Assembly (NCBI GenBank): GCA_016205145.1
Contig: JACQJH010000002.1
Coordinates: forward strand, 420,001 to 452,000
DNA: 32,000 nt
Direction of reading: 5' to 3'
Source of the DNA: Candidatus Iainarchaeum sp.
GTDB taxonomy: Archaea > Iainarchaeota > Iainarchaeia > Iainarchaeales > JACQJH01
Shown here: piece by piece, positions 1 to 7,816 of the stretch
Position numbering within the stretch: the first letter of the stretch is position 1
How the letters are laid out: each line of letters opens with the position of its first letter
Notes under the pieces: generated by a model
What the model was told of the DNA's origin: nothing
The model's database searches: none
The model's input: the letters and a program-made list of their open reading frames with translations, nothing else
Translations under genes and position numbers: made by a program

Positions 1-143
1 TTTGAGCGGCATTTTTCCGCCAGCCCTTCAAGGGACTGTTTGCCTCGTGGAATGTACGCGGATCCGGGAAACGACCTGGCGAGGTCGGATGCAAGGCGCC
101 TGCTGATCATGCCCGGCTGTCTGGAAGTCGAAAAGGCAAGCAA
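1..143 (-). CDS. Brix/Imp4-domain ribosome biogenesis protein, N-terminal part; gene runs off the window start
   Basis: Read by hand on the minus strand. From TTG at 143 it gives MLAFSTSRQPGMISRRLASDLARSFPGSAYIPRGKQSLEGLAEKCRS, which fits the conserved TSR..P....R.F..DLA....RGK start of archaeal Brix proteins. It sits right after rpoP, as in the conserved superoperon order. The start codon is uncertain. Confidence 0.6.
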   Translation of the reverse strand, partial: MLAFSTSRQPGMISRRLASDLARSFPGSAYIPRGKQSLEGLAEKCRS

Positions 144-161
144 TTCGTAACCTTCTGGATT

Positions 162-293
162 TTACCTGGCCGTGAGTTCCTTTGCGACCGGGTCGCGCAC
201 TTTGTACAGCACCTTGTAGGCGCATGCCGGGCATCTTATCGGCCCGTCGTATAGCGCGTTTATTGCCGCGCCGCATTTTCCGCATTTGTACAA
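162..293 (-). CDS. rpoP: DNA-directed RNA polymerase subunit P (Rpo12), 43 aa zinc ribbon
   Basis: Absent from the ORF track because it is under 60 aa. Manual translation from TTG 293 gives MYKCGKCGAAINALYDGPIRCPACAYKVLYKVRDPVAKELTAR, ending at TAA 164-162. It has CxxC...CxxC. A GGAGTGGT Shine-Dalgarno lies 5 nt upstream. It follows L37Ae, as in other archaea. Confidence 0.85.
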   Translation of the reverse strand: MYKCGKCGAAINALYDGPIRCPACAYKVLYKVRDPVAKELTAR

Positions 294-308
294 TTTGACC
301 ACTCCTTG

Positions 309-641
309 TCAGTTTTCCTGTTCTTCTGTGCCTTCAAGCTGTTCCTCTTCGGTTTCGATTATTTCTTCAAGGCCCTGCGAGAAGGACTTTTGCGCCACCA
401 TTTTCTTGACTGCCCCGCCAGGCAGGGTTTCCGGCACGTAGGCGCCGCCCGCGAACTTGTGGCCGCATTTGGTGCAGGTGAACATTCCTGCCGCCAGCCT
501 TTTCACTTTTTCCGCGCCGCACGCCGGGCACGCGAATTTTTTCTTCTGCTTCTGCTCTATTTTGAGTATTCTCTTGCGTATGCCCACGCCGTATCTTGGA
601 CCGAACCTTCCGGTGTCGGACACTTTTTTCGTTCTGCCCAT
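309..641 (-). CDS. rpl37ae: 50S ribosomal protein L37Ae (eL43) with an acidic C-terminal tail
   Basis: The N-terminus MGRTKKVSDTGRFGPRYGVGIRKR and the CPACG...CTKCG zinc ribbon are typical of eL43. A glutamate-rich extension of about 20 aa follows the core. Confidence 0.95.
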   Translation of the reverse strand: MGRTKKVSDTGRFGPRYGVGIRKRILKIEQKQKKKFACPACGAEKVKRLAAGMFTCTKCGHKFAGGAYVPETLPGGAVKKMVAQKSFSQGLEEIIETEEEQLEGTEEQEN

Positions 642-647
642 GGAATC

Positions 648-1439
648 TCACCTGAAATGCTTTTTCCTTATTTCCTTCGAGTTTTTCAGCGCGATGTCAA
701 TGATGCTGTCGATTTCCTGCCTGGAGAATGCGCCGTGGCCACCGCCTTTCTGGAAGGCCGGCAGGTAACCGTCCTCTGTTGTAGCGACCGAGAACCTTGC
801 GTCAAGCGCATGCCATTCCGCGAGGTCCGGATCGGCAACAACAGTGCCGCCGATTTTTGCGAACGTTGACAGCAATGGCTTCCTTGAAAGCTTCAGCTTT
901 CCGTCGTATTCGCCTTTGACTATCTTGTCGTCCTTGAGCTTCGGAATCCTGGCGTTTTCAAGCGCCGCCAAAGCGGCTATTGACGCCGCATCGTAGAGGT
1001 TGCCGTCGTCGTTGAGCGCGTACAGGTCAATGAACACGACCCAGACAAGCTCTTTTTCCCTTATGCAGAGGTCCTTGAAGTCAATGCATTTGGACTCCCT
1101 TATGCCCCTGTCAACGACCCTTGAAAGTTCTATTGCCTCTTCTCCCGGCGGGCCGGATTCGAATGACGGCGATGCCAGCTGCAAGAGCTCTATGCCGACT
1201 GAAATCGTGCCTTCGTCGGGCGAGTCGGGGTATGGCAGGCCCGGCACGAACTTTACGCCTGCAATGACCTTGCAGCCGCCAAGCGTTACGGTCGCGCTGC
1301 CATCAGCGTTTTCACTCACGCCGGTTTTTATTTCAATGTGCCTGTACTCTTCAGGCTTTCTTCCGTCAAGCCTTTTTCCTTCCCGGAGGGCTTCCCTGAC
1401 CTTTTCAGTTTTAACGTCCCAGATAATTTCGTCGTTCAT
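648..1439 (-). CDS. rrp42: Exosome complex subunit Rrp42 (RNase PH-like, non-catalytic)
   Basis: RNase PH fold start GKRLDGRKPEEYRHIEIKTGV. The start is set at ATG 1439, which forms an ATGA overlap with the rrp41 stop at 1436-1438. The track ORF is longer, but that extra part overlaps rrp41. Confidence 0.9.
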   Translation of the reverse strand: MNDEIIWDVKTEKVREALREGKRLDGRKPEEYRHIEIKTGVSENADGSATVTLGGCKVIAGVKFVPGLPYPDSPDEGTISVGIELLQLASPSFESGPPGEEAIELSRVVDRGIRESKCIDFKDLCIREKELVWVVFIDLYALNDDGNLYDAASIAALAALENARIPKLKDDKIVKGEYDGKLKLSRKPLLSTFAKIGGTVVADPDLAEWHALDARFSVATTEDGYLPAFQKGGGHGAFSRQEIDSIIDIALKNSKEIRKKHFR

Positions 1440-2230
1440 TGGAATTCCCCCGCGTTTTCCCCGCCCAAAGCATTGTCCTGCGGCTTTTGGCTCTCGCCTT
1501 TTTCCGCTTCGGCGTATTTCTTTTTCAGCGCTTCCTTCTGGAGTTCCCAGACCTGCTTGCATCCTTTGATGCCCAATTCGACAAGCTGGTCCCATTCCTT
1601 TTTCTGGAGCAGGCCGTCCATCTGCAAAAGCACTATTTCTTCAGTGTTTGGAAGAATCGCCATCGGTATGTCAACCGCGTCCGGCGCGTCCTCTTCTTCC
1701 TTGTCCAGGTCCGCGAGAAGGTGCCCGCCTGCCTTTCCGACCCCGCACGCGCACACTATGTCGCGCATGGGAATGCCCGCGTCAACCAATGCGACCGAAG
1801 CCGCGGAAAGAGCCGCAACCCTGGTGCCAGCATTGCTGTCGAGGATTTCGACCAAGACATCGATTGTCATGTTCGGAAAGTTTTCCAGGAAAATCGCGCT
1901 TTCAAGCGCTTCGCCTGAAACCTTGGAAATTTCTATTTCCCTTCTTCCGGGCTTGGGATTTTTCCTGTCCGGAACCGAAAATGACGCCATCCTGTAAACA
2001 TAGCGCACAAGCGACTTGTAAGGATTCTGGATGTGCTTCGGCAACGCTTCCCTCGGCCCGTAGACTGCCGCGAGGATCTTGTTCTGCCCCCATTCAAGGT
2101 AACAGCTGCCGGCAGCCCTTCCAACAACCCCGACTTCGATTTTTATGGGCCTGACTTCGTCGGCCTTCCTGCCATCAAGCCTTTTTCCCTGCTTGTTGAC
2201 GTATTCCAGTTTTTCTTCCGTTTTCGCCAT
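1436..2230 (-). CDS. rrp41: Exosome complex exonuclease Rrp41 (RNase PH-like)
   Basis: Motif GKRLDGRKADEVRPIKIEVGVVGRAAGSCYLEWGQNKILAAVYGPRE. The start is chosen at ATG 2230, 1 nt after the rrp4 stop. It has a Lys/Glu-rich C-terminal tail. Confidence 0.9.
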   Translation of the reverse strand: MAKTEEKLEYVNKQGKRLDGRKADEVRPIKIEVGVVGRAAGSCYLEWGQNKILAAVYGPREALPKHIQNPYKSLVRYVYRMASFSVPDRKNPKPGRREIEISKVSGEALESAIFLENFPNMTIDVLVEILDSNAGTRVAALSAASVALVDAGIPMRDIVCACGVGKAGGHLLADLDKEEEDAPDAVDIPMAILPNTEEIVLLQMDGLLQKKEWDQLVELGIKGCKQVWELQKEALKKKYAEAEKGESQKPQDNALGGENAGEFQ

Positions 2231-2231
2231 T

Positions 2232-2915
2232 TCATTCCACCGTTCCAAAATTTTCTTCATCAGAAGGCGTTTCCGCGGGCGCATGCACGTGCAAGTTGCC
2301 GGCCTTCCCGTTTTCTTCCTTCAAAAACTGTTCAATCGTGTTCGTGAGGTTGCTTTTGTGCGCCTCGTCCTCTATTTTTTTTATGGTCTTCTGCAGGAGC
2401 ATTTCATTGCCGCCCTTCACCCAGATGCGGCCGTTCCTTCCCACAACCAGGTTGCAGCCCGTGCCGTTTTTGAGCACTGCCAGCATTGAACCGTTTTTCC
2501 CGATTATGCGCGGGACCTTGACCGCGGAAACCGTGAGAATGTCGCCGCCCCTCAAAACCCGGAGATCGGAGATTTCGACTTCGTTGACTTCGTTGATGCC
2601 CATCACTTTCGCCGAAACGACCGTGCCGCGCTTTGCGCCCTCCAAGGAGAAGTCCTTCGGGACATAGGAGGTTGAAAACGCGTTTATGTCGACCGTGAAT
2701 CCGGAGAACTTTTCCTCCGCAATGATCCCGATTATGATGTCATGTTCTTTCGGCAGGTAGCAGCCCTGCAGGGGAATGACCGAAGCCAGGCCTGCATCCT
2801 CGTCGCATATGCCAAGGCAGTCCGACACGATTTTTCCGTTTGAAACGAAAACGTGGCTTCCCGGCTTTTTCCTCTGTTCGGAGACGACTTCTCCGGGCAA
2901 AACAATCCTTTTCAT
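2232..2915 (-). CDS. rrp4: Exosome RNA-binding subunit Rrp4 (S1 + KH)
   Basis: It has an S1-like middle region and a KH motif (VPRIIGKNGSMLAVLKNGTGCNLVVGRNGRIWV). It lies between SBDS and rrp41. Confidence 0.9.
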   Translation of the reverse strand: MKRIVLPGEVVSEQRKKPGSHVFVSNGKIVSDCLGICDEDAGLASVIPLQGCYLPKEHDIIIGIIAEEKFSGFTVDINAFSTSYVPKDFSLEGAKRGTVVSAKVMGINEVNEVEISDLRVLRGGDILTVSAVKVPRIIGKNGSMLAVLKNGTGCNLVVGRNGRIWVKGGNEMLLQKTIKKIEDEAHKSNLTNTIEQFLKEENGKAGNLHVHAPAETPSDEENFGTVE

Positions 2916-2921
2916 CTTTTT

Positions 2922-3620
2922 TCACCTTTTTTCCAGAATCTTTGTTTCAATTTCGCCATGCGTTAAATGGTTGAGTTCGGAGAACAATTCAGCTTTCATG
3001 CCTGCGGGAATTTCCAGCAATGCTATCAGGCTGCCGTCGTTCCGCCATTCCTCTTTTTTGAGATCATGATTGTGCAGGAAAGCCGAGACTTTCCCCGCAA
3101 AGGTTGCCGGAACTTTCACCGCGACCTGCATTTTTTCGAAGGAAATCGGAATCAGCTTCCTTATTTCCTTGAGTATTTCCTGCATCTGGTCTTCAGCCGT
3201 TCTTGCCGGGTCAACGTTTATTTTTGCCTCGGCAAGCGCGTTTTCAATGCGCTGGGGCGGGTGCGGCGAGTTTGTCTGCGGGTTCAATGCGTTCCTTGCA
3301 ATCAACTGCACTATTTCCCTGTGCCTTTCCTCCTTCATCCGCTTCCTTTGGTCCGTTGTAAGCTGAACGTTTCCCTGTAAAATGATTTTTTTGACTATCG
3401 GGCCAATTTCAGTTGTGCCGAAAACTTCCTTGAGCTTGTTCTCCGAAGCCTCTTCGCCTTTTCTCGCGTCCTTGAAAATCTTGTCCAGCGCGAGCATTTC
3501 GTTGAGGTTCGGCTGCCTTCCCTTTTTGAGGTCCATTGCAAGGTCCGGGTCGACAAGGACCTCGAATTTTTCGCCGTGCGTTTCCAGCCTTGCTATGACC
3601 GCTTCTTCAAGCTTCACCAT
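2922..3620 (-). CDS. SBDS/Sdo1 family ribosome maturation protein
   Basis: The N-terminus VIARLETHGEKFEVLVDPDLAMDLKKG and the length (232 aa) are typical of archaeal SBDS. An AGGGGGA Shine-Dalgarno lies upstream. Confidence 0.9.
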   Translation of the reverse strand: MVKLEEAVIARLETHGEKFEVLVDPDLAMDLKKGRQPNLNEMLALDKIFKDARKGEEASENKLKEVFGTTEIGPIVKKIILQGNVQLTTDQRKRMKEERHREIVQLIARNALNPQTNSPHPPQRIENALAEAKINVDPARTAEDQMQEILKEIRKLIPISFEKMQVAVKVPATFAGKVSAFLHNHDLKKEEWRNDGSLIALLEIPAGMKAELFSELNHLTHGEIETKILEKR

Positions 3621-3657
3621 TCCGGAAAATCCCCCTGAAAATTTGGAAAAGGCCCGT

Positions 3658-4395
3658 TCAGGATGGTTTCCTGCTCAACAAGGATTTTATTTTCTGCCTT
3701 TCGACTATTGTGAAGGGCGTGTCCTTTTCGATGAACGCGAATTCAACGGTCTGAATGTCAAGCTTCTGCTTTTCGCCGAGGCTTTTTTCAAGCACGTCCG
3801 AGCAAAGCAAAACGGACTCTTCAAAGGACAATTTTTCCCTGAAATCCTTTTCCAGCAGTTTCATTGCATCCTTTTTTCCTTTTCCGATTGCAACCGCATA
3901 ATATTCCGCGAGGGCGCCTGACGGCTCTGTTTCGAAGAGCCTCGGCCCGGTCTCGTCAAATCCCCCTATGACAAACGAAACGCCGAACGGCCTCATTCCG
4001 CCGTACTGCGTGTAAAGCTGTTTCATGGAAGCAACTCTCTTAGCAAGGGTTTCGACCTGGATTTTTTCGTCGTAGTACATCCTGTTTTCCTGGGCTTCCT
4101 TGCGCGCCATTTGCACTATCCTTCTTGCGTCGCCGACCAGGCCCGCGCTTATGACGCCGATGTGGTCGTCGACCTTGAAAAGCTTTTCAATGGAGTCCGG
4201 AAGAAGCAGTTTTGACGAAACCCTCTTGTCGACGCCGAAAAGAATGCCCTTGTCGTAGGCTATTCCGATTCCCATGGTTCCCTGCTCGACTATTTTGGAG
4301 GCGTATTCGACCTGGTACAGCCTTCCGTCAGGCGAGAACATGGTTGAAACGCGGTCGTATGCAGAAGTCTGCTTGTTGCGAGAAATAGGGTACAA
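3658..4395 (-). CDS. psmA: Proteasome subunit alpha
   Basis: Motif YDRVSTMFSPDGRLYQVEYA. The start is TTG, preceded by GGTGG with a 6-nt spacer. Confidence 0.95.
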   Translation of the reverse strand: MYPISRNKQTSAYDRVSTMFSPDGRLYQVEYASKIVEQGTMGIGIAYDKGILFGVDKRVSSKLLLPDSIEKLFKVDDHIGVISAGLVGDARRIVQMARKEAQENRMYYDEKIQVETLAKRVASMKQLYTQYGGMRPFGVSFVIGGFDETGPRLFETEPSGALAEYYAVAIGKGKKDAMKLLEKDFREKLSFEESVLLCSDVLEKSLGEKQKLDIQTVEFAFIEKDTPFTIVERQKIKSLLSRKPS

Positions 4396-4456
4396 AAAAA
4401 ACCACCGTTAAAACTGACTTACTTTACTTTGACAAAGAAAGTTTTAGAGCGATAAC

Positions 4457-4464
4457 TATATAAA
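4457..4464 (-). promoter_or_regulatory. Candidate TATA box for the psmA-to-Brix transcription unit
   Basis: The minus strand reads CCTTTATATAGTT about 60 nt upstream of the psmA start. It is the only strong TATA-like element in this spacer. Confidence 0.45.
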
Positions 4465-4583
4465 GGTTTTGAGGCGGTTTAACGAAAAAAAGAAAGCAGT
4501 CGGGTATCGGGCAGCGCGAGCTTCCCGTGTAGGGGGCTTCCCCCTCACAATCCCCGAATGTTTAATGCGAAAATAAAGCAGAT

Positions 4584-4638
4584 GGGTACTGCGCAACAGC
4601 GAAGTACCCGTCGTCGAACCCGGCGGACGAAACCGCCG
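4584..4638 (+). repeat. Diverged copy of the modular hairpin repeat family (copy a)
   Basis: It has a GGGTAC/GTACCC hairpin (4584-4609), then GTCGTCGAACC, then the small hairpin CGGCGG-ACGAAA-CCGCCG (4621-4638). The architecture matches the copies at 11374-11443, 25817-25873, 28074-28122 and 30039-30093. Confidence 0.75.
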
Positions 4639-4651
4639 AAGGGGAGATGGG

Positions 4652-4678
4652 GGAGAGAAAAAAATCTTTTTTCTCTCC
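4652..4678 (-). terminator. Perfect 12-bp hairpin with an internal T-run, downstream of the 4693..5001 gene
   Basis: GGAGAGAAAAAA-atc-TTTTTTCTCTCC. On the minus strand a T6-7 run falls in the 3' arm, 15 nt after the stop codon. Confidence 0.55.
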
Positions 4679-4692
4679 GCCAAGAATGAATT

Positions 4693-5001
4693 TTACCAGA
4701 TCGGGTAGGGCACGTAGTCACGTCCTTTCCACGCGTGCTTTTTGAATTCCATGAACTGCCATTCCTGGAGGTTCCAGCCCGCCACGAGGGCGAGTATGGC
4801 TGCCGCCAGCAAGGGAAACGGCCCCATGCCGAATTTTGCAAGCAACACTACTGCTCCGAAAAGGCAGCCGAATGCTGTCGAAAGGTTCCAGCTCTGCTTT
4901 ATGAGCAGATCCCTGTAACCGTGTATGAGGTCATACCTTGTAAGATGCCCTTGTTCCCTGACGGGAACCCTGATGTGCGGAACTGCTTCATATCCAGCCA
5001 T
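4693..5001 (-). CDS. Small two-TM membrane protein, paralog A
   Basis: 102 aa with two hydrophobic segments. It shares the pattern [IL]R[VI]PV.E....(R)..L...Y.D ... 2 TM ... PYP[IK][WF] with the adjacent 5008..5352 gene. Confidence 0.65.
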   Translation of the reverse strand: MAGYEAVPHIRVPVREQGHLTRYDLIHGYRDLLIKQSWNLSTAFGCLFGAVVLLAKFGMGPFPLLAAAILALVAGWNLQEWQFMEFKKHAWKGRDYVPYPIW

Positions 5002-5007
5002 GCTTCA

Positions 5008-5352
5008 TCACCCCTTGAACTTCGGATAAGGAATATTGTGCCTTGAAAACACTATGTCCTTGAATTCTGTCATCCTTTTGAAAAACCTGAGTTCGAAGCC
5101 GAGCACGAAGCCGAATGGAACCACGAGCAGGTTTATGACCGGATGAGGCAGAACGACAATTATGCCGAAAACGCAGAAAATCATTTTGAGCATTGCCTTT
5201 GCCTGGTTGACGCGCATGTCAACGTATTGTTCGAGAAGCTTGTGCCTTGAAAAGTGCGGCGCTTCCTCGACCGGAATCCTGAGCTGAATGCTTTCGTCTT
5301 CCTCGCGCCAATTTTTGGTCGATTTTGTTTGTTCTCTCCCCATAAACACCAC
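5008..5352 (-). CDS. Small two-TM membrane protein, paralog B
   Basis: 114 aa with the same architecture as 4693..5001. It has its own AAGGAGTGGTG Shine-Dalgarno, and a TATA-like CTTAAATAGG lies upstream on the minus strand (about 5399-5410). Confidence 0.65.
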   Translation of the reverse strand: MVFMGREQTKSTKNWREEDESIQLRIPVEEAPHFSRHKLLEQYVDMRVNQAKAMLKMIFCVFGIIVVLPHPVINLLVVPFGFVLGFELRFFKRMTEFKDIVFSRHNIPYPKFKG

Positions 5353-5445
5353 TCCTTAATTGTAGGAAGTGAATACTGTACATATTGGTGCCCCTCACCT
5401 ATTTAAGCCTTTCCCGTTGCAACAGATTGCCAGTAAACCGCACTT

Positions 5446-5841
5446 TCAAGGCATTTTAGGCGTTTTTGGCCCGGAAAACAAGGTCCCTTTCAGGCTTTTT
5501 ATGGTTCCGCTTGTCCTCTGGCTTTCAGCCAGGCCTGAAGCGTTTATCGCCTGTTTTGCCTTGCCGGACACGGCGAGTGGCCTTGCGCAACGGCAGATGC
5601 CATGGCTTTCTGACAGCACAATGACGGTTATCAGCGGCTTTCCGAACCGCGAGTTGAAAGCGTTTTCCAGGGCATGCCTGCCGGCTTTTCCGAAAAACCG
5701 TCCGGCGGCTTTGCCCTTGAATTTGAACAGCAGATAGCGTTTTTTTTGCCGCTTGCTCGGCCTTATTCTTGCAGGCTTTTTTCCAACAAGGCTTGGATGT
5801 TTAAGCCCTGCGGTTTTGCCGCTACTTCCTTTTTCCGGCAT
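5446..5841 (-). CDS. rnp2: RNase P protein component 2 (Pop5/Rpp14 family)
   Basis: RPSKRQKKRYLLFKF ... ICRCAR ... SGTIKSLK matches the Pop5 pattern (R.K.RYl.fe ... vrc.r ... SGTik). The start is set at ATG 5841, 7 nt after the HD gene stop. Confidence 0.75.
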   Translation of the reverse strand: MPEKGSSGKTAGLKHPSLVGKKPARIRPSKRQKKRYLLFKFKGKAAGRFFGKAGRHALENAFNSRFGKPLITVIVLSESHGICRCARPLAVSGKAKQAINASGLAESQRTSGTIKSLKGTLFSGPKTPKMP

Positions 5842-5848
5842 TGCTTTT

Positions 5849-6400
5849 TCAGGCACCCATTCCACCCAGTGTTTCGTCGCAGCCGGCCATGGCAAGGAGT
5901 TCCTTTTCCAGTCCTAGGACCGCCGGATAGGCTTTTTCGATTGTTTCCCTGAAAGCGTTTCCCTTCACGCCATAGCGGTTGAAAAGGTATGCGAACCGTT
6001 CGCCAAGCGAAACAAGGGAGTCATGCCTTACCCTCTTGTCGGCGTAAAAGACGATTTTTGCCTCAAGCGAATTCAGGCCCTCGCCGCCTTCCTTGAGTAT
6101 GGTGCCAAGCATGTGCTTTTTGACTATTTCCGCGACCTTCGGCATGCCTTCCCCGACGAGAATTTCAAACGACTTTTCGCCGTGGATTTCCGGGTTTGAA
6201 AAAGAGTAATGCTTGTCGATGTCGTGCAGCAAAGCCGATGCGCTCACCACCGCCTTGTTGACTTTAACGCCTTTCGCATCCATGCGCTCCGCCAGGAACA
6301 TCGCCACTTCGTGCACTTTCAGGGAATGCGCGACAATGTGCTGTGGAACACCGTGCTTTTCAAGCAGGTCAAGGCAGCTTTTAACTGACATCACGGCCAT
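5849..6400 (-). CDS. HD-domain metal-dependent phosphohydrolase
   Basis: The pattern H..V...A..LA ... ALLHDIDK is typical of HD/HDIG proteins. The start is placed at ATG 6400, about 25 nt downstream of the minus-strand TATA-like ATTTATTTTTTTT (likely leaderless). The longer track ORF looks like a spurious extension. Confidence 0.8.
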   Translation of the reverse strand: MAVMSVKSCLDLLEKHGVPQHIVAHSLKVHEVAMFLAERMDAKGVKVNKAVVSASALLHDIDKHYSFSNPEIHGEKSFEILVGEGMPKVAEIVKKHMLGTILKEGGEGLNSLEAKIVFYADKRVRHDSLVSLGERFAYLFNRYGVKGNAFRETIEKAYPAVLGLEKELLAMAGCDETLGGMGA

Positions 6401-6434
6401 GCAACCAACAGAACTTGCTGCAAAAAAAATAAAT

Positions 6435-6824
6435 ATGCGTGCAGGCAAACAAATCGTAATGGGATTGGAAACAATAATCATTGCATTGGCCCTCGTTGCA
6501 ATTGCCATTGCCGCGTACGCATTCATCGCGTTCAGGCGCATGAAGCTCGCATTGGCAAAAAAACAGAAGGCCTCCCCGGCAAGGATTGCCCTGACAGCCG
6601 CATACCTTGCAATAATGCTTTTCATTGCGGCAAAAATCTTTGCCGAACCGCGGTTTTTCGCCGGCCTCGGCAAAGACAACGCCGGCCTGATTGAAGGCAT
6701 TGCCGGAATTGGAAAAGAAAACATCCTGCTTTTGCTTGCATTGCCCGCGGTTTTCCTGCTCGGAATTCTGGCACTTAAACTGAAAAGGAAAAAATTGCCG
6801 CAGAAAGAATGGCAAGCAAAATGA
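6435..6824 (+). CDS. Small membrane protein (about 3 TM), function unknown
   Basis: Three hydrophobic segments and a basic C-terminus. It converges on L15e. The alternative start ATG 6399 would overlap the HD gene start. There is no recognisable family. Confidence 0.5.
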   Translation: MRAGKQIVMGLETIIIALALVAIAIAAYAFIAFRRMKLALAKKQKASPARIALTAAYLAIMLFIAAKIFAEPRFFAGLGKDNAGLIEGIAGIGKENILLLLALPAVFLLGILALKLKRKKLPQKEWQAK

Positions 6825-6846
6825 AATAACGGGAAAATGCCAATGC

Positions 6847-7446
6847 TTACTTCTGCTTCTTTTTCTGCGCGGCGCGCTTTGAAGGCCTTGACTTTTCAGT
6901 TCCCTCGCCTTTGTTCCAGTGGCCCCTTGACTTCTTGCCTTTTGCAGTCAGGCCGCGGTTCGCCCTGCCTTTGTGGACTGGAAAGGTAATCCATTCAAGG
7001 TTCTTGTCGGCAATGATTGCCGGATGCGCCACATCAACAAGGATTACTTCAAAGTATTTGCGCTGGCCGTCCTCGCCGACATAATAAGAGTTCAAAACTT
7101 CGCAGTTGGCATACTTTTTGGCCGCCCTTGCTTCCGCAATGGCCTGGATTGACAGGTTGCGCGTCAGCCTTGTTATGCCCATGCGCTTTGGCCTTCTGCC
7201 AGCGTTCGGGCGCAGGTGCTGGCCGCCGCCCTTGCGGATGCGCACCCTTGCAACCACAAAGCCTTCCTTGGCCTTGTAGCCTAATTTCCTTGCCCTCGGC
7301 AGGTTTGTCGGCTTTTCAACCCTCACAATGGCTTCCGGCTCGTTCCTGTACGCGATTATGCGCTGCCTCAGGATAGCCTTGTAATCGTAGGCCTTGTCCT
7401 TCTTGCCGCCGAATTCCTTTTCAAACGTCTGCTGGATTGCTTTCAT
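6847..7446 (-). CDS. rpl15e: 50S ribosomal protein L15e
   Basis: RARKLGYKAKEGFVVARVRIRKGG ... YFEVILVD is characteristic of eL15. The start is taken at ATG 7446. Confidence 0.93.
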   Translation of the reverse strand: MKAIQQTFEKEFGGKKDKAYDYKAILRQRIIAYRNEPEAIVRVEKPTNLPRARKLGYKAKEGFVVARVRIRKGGGQHLRPNAGRRPKRMGITRLTRNLSIQAIAEARAAKKYANCEVLNSYYVGEDGQRKYFEVILVDVAHPAIIADKNLEWITFPVHKGRANRGLTAKGKKSRGHWNKGEGTEKSRPSKRAAQKKKQK

Positions 7447-7574
7447 TGCCGGCACAAAAAACACCCTCAAAATTCAAAACAAAAAAACCTGCCTCAAAAT
7501 CTTGAAAAAAGAATTTCAAGAAAAAGAAACGCAATAATAGCTTTTTTCAAGGCAAGCTTTTAAAGGGTTTCTAT

Positions 7575-7757
7575 GCCCGCTTTCGCGCGGCGGTTTCGTC
7601 CGCAGCCGTCTCGTCCGGCTGGTTCGAACCAAGGCGTATTGCTGATCGCAATACGCCGAGTATGCTGTTTGTGCATAAGTGGTATTGCGCAAGCAATACC
7701 ACGCAAGGGGTTTGCAAGGGGCGCTAGCCCCTGCGTTGTGACACGCCGAGTAAGCAG
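7575..7757 (-). repeat. Modular hairpin repeat, copy B, with an internal 80-nt insertion or duplication
   Basis: 7589-7662 is near-identical to 9673-9746 and to the reverse complement of 11369-11443. The element resumes at 7753 (AGCAG) after a segment flanked by direct ACGCCGAGTA repeats (7653-7662 and 7743-7752). The strand given is the one that carries the ACGAAA loops. Confidence 0.85.
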
Positions 7758-7816
7758 TTGTAAAATTTCTGGTTATGCGAATGCCCATACAAGCCGATTT
7801 CACCAAACATGGCAAT

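Noticed and set aside
28-285. 85-aa Arg-rich minus-strand ORF from the track
   Set aside because: It is out of frame with the clearly recognisable rpoP (162-293) and Brix (1-143) genes that occupy the same DNA. Its composition is typical of an off-frame read-through.
1440-1595. 5' extension of rrp42 in the track ORF, and likewise 2231..2284 for rrp41
   Set aside because: The extensions overlap the preceding gene's C-terminus. The internal ATGs give canonical N-termini and classical ATGA or 1-nt coupling junctions.
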